Below, in pieces: positions 57,517-64,000 of a stretch of 64,000 bases of DNA (position 1 is its first letter; each line of letters opens with the position of its first letter). The notes below the pieces were generated by a model that worked only from the letters and a program-made list of their open reading frames with translations, searched no databases and was not told the DNA's origin. A program made the position numbers and the translations under genes. The stretch is from an uncultured Candidatus Saccharibacteria bacterium (GTDB lineage Bacteria; Patescibacteriota; UBA1384; CAILIB01; JAUSJZ01), in assembly GCA_964421635.1 (NCBI GenBank), contig CAYQWZ010000004.1:15652-79651 (forward strand). Reading direction: 5' to 3'.

Positions 57517-58974
57517 GTGATTGCATACATCAGTAGAGTCGAGGAACGCGACCCCGCAAAGTGGCTCATTGTTACTCATCATGCACCAGATTGGGACGCA
57601 ATCGCTGCTGTCACCATGTTAAATTTCTTAGGTGATAGGCAGTGGCCAGGCATTTTTGATGCCGAAGTCACCTTTAATGGTGATGGCGGCCAGAACATGT
57701 CGGGAGTAACGGAAGAAGAGCTTCTAGCCGATAAGATTCTGCATGTTGATTTCGGTGGTGGCCGCTACGATCACCATGCACATGGCGGAAGCGAAGAGAA
57801 AGTCGGCCAGTGTGCGACCTCTTTAGTTGTCGGACACTTGAACAGCACGGTTCATGTGGCCTGTCCTCACCTGCACGATTTGGTTGAGTACACGCTAGCA
57901 GTCGACAGCAACGGCTGTAGCGAAGATGAGATGCCCTTTTTCATTGATCGTCTGTTCAGACAGGCTGGCAACAGCGAGCTCATTCAGGCAGCCTTTGATA
58001 TCGCCCTCTGGGCAATCAGCTGCTTTGTTTGTTCGACCCCAATATCTGTTGAGTTCGAATGGCAGCCTTTCGTCGAAGAGTTCAGCGGTGACGACACCGA
58101 CATGATTAACTTCCTTCAGCAAGTAACACCGGAAAATCCGGGAACGCATTCTTTGGTCATGTATTTGGCCAGAATGTGGAAAATGTCAAGAGAAGAAGGA
58201 AGTCGCGAAAGAGTATACGCTATCGCTCAAACCTTCATGACATCCTATAACCAAGAGCAGATAGAGCTGCTGGAAACCGCCAAAGCGGATTTCGCTCGAG
58301 CGAAGATCTGGACACATGGCTCAGGGAAGAAGCAGATCACCGTCGCCTTCGTGCGAAGCGATTGTCCGATGCTTGGCAGACACGCCAAGAGTCGGCAAGG
58401 TGGTGACTGTACCGTCTTTGTCCAAGAGTTCACAACCGGTAGAGTCATTGTTTTCATTAACAGGCGACATCAGAATCGAATCAATGTTGCTGATGTGGTC
58501 AAGGCAGTCCGTTGGAATGAACTAGTGGCTAAAGCTGAGCAACTTGGTGAGCCAATGCCCGAGCTCATACCAGCGAAAAAGCTGGGTGGCCCCGGACGAC
58601 TTGAAGGCGAAGTGTGTTGGTGGTTCGACCAGAACACCCTCACTCTTCTCAATGGTGGCATCAAACACCCCGAAACCCCTCTGACTCGCTTAGGAGGTGA
58701 AAGAGTGTTTGAGATTGTAGTTCAGGCACTTGACCATGACTACTTTCCACCCGACTTCGCTACTTCCTGTCGTAAGGGTGAATGCCGTCATAGCAGAAGG
58801 GAAAATTGTCCCCTCTTCAACTGGCAGCTTAACCACTGCATTTCTGTCCGCCATAACGACCCCAATTGGAATAAGTCAGCTCAAACTCCAACGCCTCCAC
58901 CGCAAGATCAAGCGACACAACAGTCAACCCCAACGCAAATTCCTACTACCGTCATCAGAAAAGGTAGATGGTAA
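57517..58974 (+). CDS. DHH/MYG1-like phosphoesterase with C-terminal Cys cluster
   Basis: IVTHHAPDWDAIAA, DFGGGRYDHH, CATSLV, later D; C-x4-C-x6-C near the C-terminus. Confidence 0.65.
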   Translation: MIAYISRVEERDPAKWLIVTHHAPDWDAIAAVTMLNFLGDRQWPGIFDAEVTFNGDGGQNMSGVTEEELLADKILHVDFGGGRYDHHAHGGSEEKVGQCATSLVVGHLNSTVHVACPHLHDLVEYTLAVDSNGCSEDEMPFFIDRLFRQAGNSELIQAAFDIALWAISCFVCSTPISVEFEWQPFVEEFSGDDTDMINFLQQVTPENPGTHSLVMYLARMWKMSREEGSRERVYAIAQTFMTSYNQEQIELLETAKADFARAKIWTHGSGKKQITVAFVRSDCPMLGRHAKSRQGGDCTVFVQEFTTGRVIVFINRRHQNRINVADVVKAVRWNELVAKAEQLGEPMPELIPAKKLGGPGRLEGEVCWWFDQNTLTLLNGGIKHPETPLTRLGGERVFEIVVQALDHDYFPPDFATSCRKGECRHSRRENCPLFNWQLNHCISVRHNDPNWNKSAQTPTPPPQDQATQQSTPTQIPTTVIRKGRW

Positions 58975-58980
58975 ACCATC

Positions 58981-59008
58981 GAAGCCCCGGCCTCCGGCCG
59001 GGGCTTCC
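58981..59008 (+). terminator. Hairpin after DHH-like gene
   Basis: gaagccccggcc tcc ggccggggcttc. Confidence 0.65.
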
Positions 59009-59037
59009 TCATATATATTTGATATTGTATAAAAGAT

Positions 59038-59113
59038 GCCACCGTAGCTCAGTTGATAGAGCAACACATTCGTAACGTGTAGGTCGGCGGTTTGAATCCG
59101 CCCGGTGGCTCCA
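59038..59113 (+). tRNA. tRNA-Thr(CGT), with atypical positions
   Basis: GCCACCG/CGGTGGC acceptor; anticodon loop TT CGT AA; CCA end; T-loop TTTGAAT. Confidence 0.85.
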
Positions 59114-59170
59114 AAAAAACAAAAAAACCGCCCTTTCGAGCGGATTTTTTGTACTCTTACGAGTGAAAAC

Positions 59171-60556
59171 TTACCAACGCTTATCTTTGTCGTCGTCTTT
59201 ATCAGACTTAACAGTGGTAGTTACTTCTTCAGGTCCTGAGAACCAGTAGAAATACCCGCCAGTGGCAATACCTGCCAAGATAATTAGAATTGCTAGGATT
59301 ACCCAAGGAGTTGCACTTGCTTCTTCTTCGGTAGCTGCTTGATCAGCTTCATCTACTACTACTTCAGCGGTAGTATCTTCGTCACCGATAACAGTTGAGC
59401 TAGAAGGAGTATCAACAATTGCATTATCTGTTGTACCAGCTTCTGCATCAACGCTTTCTGTAGTTTCACCATTTACAACTGCTTCACCGTTTGTAACTGT
59501 TTCACCAGCAACGGCTGTTTCACCGTCTACTTTGCCTGTTACAGGATTAATAACATCTCCTCCGACATTTGCAGGAATCGGAACAGCAACTTTGGTCTCT
59601 GGACCTGGGCCAACTTTAGTTCCAAGTGTTCGAATAGTTGTTCCCACCCATACTCCGACATTTCCATATTCATCTACAGGAGCCACTCTAATGTCGTACG
59701 CCCTACCAGCTTCAAGATTAAACAGCTCTGGTGTAGTTGAAGATGTAACAATCTTGGCACTCCAGATTGAACCGTTAGCATGCTTGTACTCTACGCGGTA
59801 CCAACGGGCAGACGCTGGGCCAGCATAATCTAAGCTAATTCTGTCTGAAGCATAAGCAGTAGCGTGAAAAGCGGTAACTGCATTAGCTAAATCAATGCTA
59901 TTTTCAACCCGCGCTGCAATACTTCTATTGCCGTGAGCATCGATAGCTACTACCCAAATGGCAGCGTTCTCATTATCACCAACTTGAATTGGTCCCCATT
60001 CTCCAGTATCTGTAGCATTAGTGGAAGCCACTAATGTTTTAAGCGCAGCATCTGAGAAGACTTCTACTCTAGCATAGGCTTCTACTGAATCTATTAAACC
60101 TTGCACTTCATCAAAATCTGGTGTTTGGGCCTCGTTAACATAAATCTTGTCTGTTTTAGGAGCAGCAGGGGCATTACCGTCATATTCTACGGCAGCTTCT
60201 GTAATATTGGTACTTGGCTCAACTTGGCCATCACGAGTAGTAGCTACTGCGTAGAATGAATATCGACCGTCACCGAAAGGTTCTAGGTCAATGGTCAATT
60301 CTGCATTAAGATTGTAGGTCCGCTTCTGTTTGACAAAAGGACCGTCATCTTTCCTCATATATAGGTCGATATAATCTACCTCTGACCCGTTCACACTACT
60401 TCCTAAATAATCAAATGTAATTACTACATTTGGATCAGTTGTCATTGCTGGCAACTTGTTTACGTTCGAATAAGGGGCAGCACTAGCAGTTGAACCAACC
60501 ATTAAGATGGCAGCCGCTAAAACAGCACCTTGAAACATTTTTTTGAATAGTTTCAT
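59171..60556 (-). CDS. Cell-surface protein (signal peptide, Ig/FN3-like domains, C-terminal TM)
   Basis: Signal peptide ending ASA-A, DGRYSFY, NLEAGRAYDIRVAPVD (FN3-like), TM PWVILAILIILAGIATGGYFYW; SD ggagg. Confidence 0.8.
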   Translation of the reverse strand: MKLFKKMFQGAVLAAAILMVGSTASAAPYSNVNKLPAMTTDPNVVITFDYLGSSVNGSEVDYIDLYMRKDDGPFVKQKRTYNLNAELTIDLEPFGDGRYSFYAVATTRDGQVEPSTNITEAAVEYDGNAPAAPKTDKIYVNEAQTPDFDEVQGLIDSVEAYARVEVFSDAALKTLVASTNATDTGEWGPIQVGDNENAAIWVVAIDAHGNRSIAARVENSIDLANAVTAFHATAYASDRISLDYAGPASARWYRVEYKHANGSIWSAKIVTSSTTPELFNLEAGRAYDIRVAPVDEYGNVGVWVGTTIRTLGTKVGPGPETKVAVPIPANVGGDVINPVTGKVDGETAVAGETVTNGEAVVNGETTESVDAEAGTTDNAIVDTPSSSTVIGDEDTTAEVVVDEADQAATEEEASATPWVILAILIILAGIATGGYFYWFSGPEEVTTTVKSDKDDDKDKRW

Positions 60557-60806
60557 AATTTATTTCCTCCGTTATTAATTGTTAAGTTACTATTGCGGGA
60601 TTCTATCAACTAGCTAAACCCATAGCTGGTTTTAGTAACCATAGGCTAGTAATTCAAGTCTGTAAGCTGTGTTGCATATCTTCCCTGTCCTCAACGATAC
60701 CTTGAGAGCGGATATTGTCAAATGTGGAAAATTATTGTAAAAAGTATGAAAGTTTATGAACTTATTGAATTGAAGGCGGAACTATTGATAATGGTATACT
60801 AAATTC

Positions 60807-61808
60807 ATGAGCAAAGTGGTATTAACTAATCCTCAATATATAGATTCTAAAGAGAAAATTGAGGATAAATCGTTGCGTCCAGATAAACTCCAATCTTATA
60901 TTGGTCAAGAAATTATAAAAGAGAATGTTCAAATTTTAATTGAAGCTGCCAAAGTCCGCCAGCAAAGCATGGATCACATCCTATTCTACGGCCCTCCAGG
61001 ACTTGGCAAAACCACCTTAGCCTACATTATTGCTAACGAGTTAGGGGTACCTTTAAAAATCACTTCCGGCCCTGCCTTAGAGCGCACCGGAGATCTAGTA
61101 GCCCTACTAACAAATCTCAAACCAAAAAGCATTCTTTTTATTGACGAGACTCATCGCATCAAGAGACCCCTAGAGGAAATTTTATACCCAGCTATGGAAG
61201 ATGGCAAAGTTGATGTCGTTTTAGGTAAGGGGCCAGGCGCAAAATCTGTGCAACTCAAATTACCACCTTTTACTTTAATAGGAGCCACCACCCGCTTGGG
61301 TTCTATCTCTAGCCCCCTGCGCGACAGATTCGGCTCTCATCTTCATTTAGAGTTTTACAATCAAGAAGAAATTATTCAGGTATTAGCCAACTCTGCAGCC
61401 AGAATGAAGTTATCTATTGGGCCTAGTGAGCTTGAATATATCGCTAAAAGAAGCCGTCAAACTCCCCGCATAGCCAATCGCCTACTGCGCCGAGTCAGCG
61501 ATTACTGCTTAGCCAAAAATCGATCTTTAAATATAAAAGTGGAAGATGTCAAAAAAACCCTGAGGTTGCTTAAAATAAATGAAGAAGGATTAAACAGCTT
61601 AGACTCAAAATACCTAGCTGCTTTGGCTCTTTACAGCGAAACTCATCCGGCTGGCTTAACAACACTAGCGGCCACCCTAAACGAAGAGAAAGAGACCTTG
61701 CAAGATGTAGTTGAGCCTTATCTGTTACAAAAAGGATTAATTCAAAAAACCCCTCGCGGTCGCTTAATCACCCCAAGAGGTCTAATTATCAATCAACAAG
61801 CAAATTGA
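60807..61808 (+). CDS. ruvB: Holliday junction branch migration helicase RuvB
   Basis: LRP..L..YIGQ, GPPGLGKTTLA, PLRDRFG, TPRGR. Confidence 0.97.
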   Translation: MSKVVLTNPQYIDSKEKIEDKSLRPDKLQSYIGQEIIKENVQILIEAAKVRQQSMDHILFYGPPGLGKTTLAYIIANELGVPLKITSGPALERTGDLVALLTNLKPKSILFIDETHRIKRPLEEILYPAMEDGKVDVVLGKGPGAKSVQLKLPPFTLIGATTRLGSISSPLRDRFGSHLHLEFYNQEEIIQVLANSAARMKLSIGPSELEYIAKRSRQTPRIANRLLRRVSDYCLAKNRSLNIKVEDVKKTLRLLKINEEGLNSLDSKYLAALALYSETHPAGLTTLAATLNEEKETLQDVVEPYLLQKGLIQKTPRGRLITPRGLIINQQAN

Positions 61809-61835
61809 CTTATTATCTGGTAAGCTGAATGAAAT

Positions 61836-62081
61836 ATGATCTGGCCAATAGTTGTTTTTACTGTTATGTTTTTGGTGCTTTCCGCTTTTTTGGTAGCCGT
61901 TTCTTTTCATGTCTTTCGTTATCGCTATAACAACGATGCTTCTGTGTTTATCTTTGTCACTCTAACCATTATCTATTTATTAACCGCCATTTTAATTTTC
62001 GTGGTCTTTAAATACAGCAATCCTACAGTTTCTAACCAAAGCACCTTCTCTAATTTCAAAACTATAAATAAAAACCTATGA
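61836..62081 (+). CDS. Small 2-TM membrane protein
   Basis: Two hydrophobic helices; ATGA overlap with the next gene. Confidence 0.6.
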   Translation: MIWPIVVFTVMFLVLSAFLVAVSFHVFRYRYNNDASVFIFVTLTIIYLLTAILIFVVFKYSNPTVSNQSTFSNFKTINKNL

Positions 62082-62767
62082 ACGAAATAAGATCTGCTTT
62101 CCAAGGCCAAGACGAAGATGAGCCAGTTTTTATCTTCTTACGCAGATTCTATTTAGCCTTTCTGCCGTTCTTTTTAATTATTTTAGTAATGATTGTTATA
62201 GGATTAGTAATGATTTATTTGACTTTATTTAATCTCAGACATAATCCTTCTATATCTGCGACTGTCTATAACTGGGCTGTGGCAGCGTCGGGAACTTTTG
62301 TCTTATTCTCACTTATATTCGCTATTGTCGCTTGGTTCGATTTTTACTTTGACATTCATGTCGTCACAGACAGACGAGTGGTAGATATTAACCAAAACAG
62401 ATTATTCTATCGAGATATTAGTGAATTGAACCTTGAAGATATTGAGGATGTCTCTGTTAGTTACGCCGGTATTTTAAAAACGCTGTTTAATTACGGGGAT
62501 ATTGAGATACAAACGGCTGGTGCGAGAAATAACTTTCACTTTCCAGATATTGCTAATCCGCGAGAAGTAGCCGGTGTTATTTCAGATTTAGCGGAGCAAG
62601 CTAAAAGAGGTGTCACTGAAAATTACCGTTTTCCACAATCTGATATTAAAGGAGTTATTAACAACAAGGTTATTCGTTCCCGTAAAGGATTAGTAAGCAT
62701 CGGCGCTTTGCGACCAGATGAAAAAGTGGACGCCGAAGAGCAAGTAAAAGACAGGTCTCATGTCTAA
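62078..62767 (+). CDS. Membrane protein with bacterial PH (bPH_2) domain
   Basis: VVTDRRVVDI, IEDVSV, LFNYGDIEIQTAG. Confidence 0.85.
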   Translation: MNEIRSAFQGQDEDEPVFIFLRRFYLAFLPFFLIILVMIVIGLVMIYLTLFNLRHNPSISATVYNWAVAASGTFVLFSLIFAIVAWFDFYFDIHVVTDRRVVDINQNRLFYRDISELNLEDIEDVSVSYAGILKTLFNYGDIEIQTAGARNNFHFPDIANPREVAGVISDLAEQAKRGVTENYRFPQSDIKGVINNKVIRSRKGLVSIGALRPDEKVDAEEQVKDRSHV

Positions 62768-63188
62768 TATTTATACAGAGAAAGCATTGTCGGGTTTAGC
62801 TTCAGACATTGCCGCCAAACTAAAGGGACACGAGAATATTTATTTATCAGGAGAATTAGGAGCTGGAAAAACTACTTTCACTAAAAAGCTGTTAGCTCAT
62901 TTAGGAGTCAAGAGTAGTGTTAAATCTCCTAGTTATCAGATAATTGATATCCATAATATTGATGACACAAAAAAAGTTGCTCACATAGATTTATATCGTC
63001 TAGACGACATCAACGATATTGCCATCTTAGGCTTAGAAGATATTTTAGATGACCAAAATACCATTGCAGTCATTGAATGGCCAGAAAGAGCAGAGCATTT
63101 ATTACCAGAACCAAATCATCATTTACATTTTACTCACCGCAGTCCCGACACCAGAACTATTGAGATTAATAATATAGATGATGAGTAA
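62760..63188 (+). CDS. tsaE: t6A biosynthesis ATPase TsaE
   Basis: LSGELGAGKTTF, VKSPSY, HIDLYRL, IEWPE. Confidence 0.95.
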   Translation: MSNIYTEKALSGLASDIAAKLKGHENIYLSGELGAGKTTFTKKLLAHLGVKSSVKSPSYQIIDIHNIDDTKKVAHIDLYRLDDINDIAILGLEDILDDQNTIAVIEWPERAEHLLPEPNHHLHFTHRSPDTRTIEINNIDDE

Positions 63189-63474
63189 ACCAATAAAAAT
63201 AATTTCGAATGAATCCATCTCTTTAGATGAATGGCGGGACAAATTATTAGGGACTATTGAGCCTAACTCTAAAATTGAACTTCAAATGCCTAAAGCCAGT
63301 TTTACCTTTACAAGAGCATTTTTAACTATTTTTAATATCATTGCTTCTGAAAGAAACTGCCAAATAAAGTTTTTCAACGAAAAAGAATTTAAGCCAGACT
63401 TCTTACTTCCCCACTACTCCCAAGATCCGAGTATCACTAAACCTAAAGGGTTTGCTGTAAATAAAACAAAATGA
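63178..63474 (+). CDS. Small protein, possibly a minimal TsaB
   Basis: Follows tsaE; ASFTFTR resembles GSFTGLR; ends LLPHYSQDPSIT. Confidence 0.5.
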   Translation: MMSKPIKIISNESISLDEWRDKLLGTIEPNSKIELQMPKASFTFTRAFLTIFNIIASERNCQIKFFNEKEFKPDFLLPHYSQDPSITKPKGFAVNKTK

Positions 63475-63487
63475 TAACTTAGCTTTA

Positions 63488-64000
63488 TTGGACAAAATTA
63501 AAACCACCAAAATTCACCATTACGAAAAAGAGAAGGAGACTGGAGATAAGACAGTTGATGCCAAGATGAAATTTAAGAACATTTTAAAAATTAATAAATG
63601 GAGTTTAACAACCAAAATTATTGCGGTTGTTATTTTAGTCTTTGGCCTATCTTCAATTACCTATTTCTTTGACTTAAAAAACAGTATTATTATTGCTCAC
63701 GAAGGAGAATCTGCACTCGCCTTATTAGCAGAAAGTTCCGACCAAATTGCTCAAAGCGGATTAGCCAGAGATGGTGATGCTCGAGTAAACATTTTAATTC
63801 TCGGTAAGGGCGGTGACTCTCACGCCGGCGGTAATCTAACTGATACAATTCAGGTTTTATCGTTAGATATTTTTAATAACACCGCATCAATGCTTAGTAT
63901 TCCTCGAGATTTTTATGTTGACAATGTTTATGGTACTAGCAAAATTAATGCTGTTTATGCCAATGCTAATGGTCAAAAGAAGGATTCCGGAGGCGCCGCC
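63488..64000 (+). CDS. LCP (LytR-CpsA-Psr) family protein (3' truncated by window)
   Basis: Manually read TM then RVNILILGKGG..LTDTIQV..SMLSIPRD; start TTG 63488 or ATG 63566. Confidence 0.9.
   Translation, partial: MDKIKTTKIHHYEKEKETGDKTVDAKMKFKNILKINKWSLTTKIIAVVILVFGLSSITYFFDLKNSIIIAHEGESALALLAESSDQIAQSGLARDGDARVNILILGKGGDSHAGGNLTDTIQVLSLDIFNNTASMLSIPRDFYVDNVYGTSKINAVYANANGQKKDSGGAA

Noticed and set aside
60560-60720. Riboswitch in the ~130-nt leader of the surface-protein gene
   Set aside because: Some pairing (ctagc/gctag) but no aptamer consensus I can recognise.

Overview
AT-rich bacterial chromosome segment whose gene content points to a Patescibacteria/CPR genome (inference). TGA is used as a stop, so code 11. 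Most of it is housekeeping: uvrA/uvrB, infC-rpmI-rplT, lgt/lspA/lepB, der, priA-like-def-fmt, rpsP-khpA-trmD, rplY, miaB-like, thrS with a T-box, glyA, folD, clpB, holA, smpB, hup, rny, PBP1A, ruvB, tsaE. It also has RNase P RNA, tmRNA and 11 tRNAs. An accessory island (~20.3-31.0 kb) carries a VapBC-like pair, recombination scars and a type I R-M operon with cargo genes, including a tandem Rx4H (HEPN-like) protein, and an in-frame stop in hsdM. The strongest novelty candidate is a ~950-nt GC-rich, hairpin-dense transcription unit between def and fmt with its own promoter and terminator-like end. All four GGAG motifs in it are followed 6-9 nt later by ATG/GTG and a micro-ORF, whereas many ordinary genes here look leaderless. 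A second ~450-nt unit of similar design follows tmRNA. Also notable: an XRE-HTH/Hsp20 fusion gene with a perfect operator palindrome heading clpB, a very short Stem-I T-box, and two palindrome-capped structured elements beside tRNAs. All calls were made by eye, without database searches.
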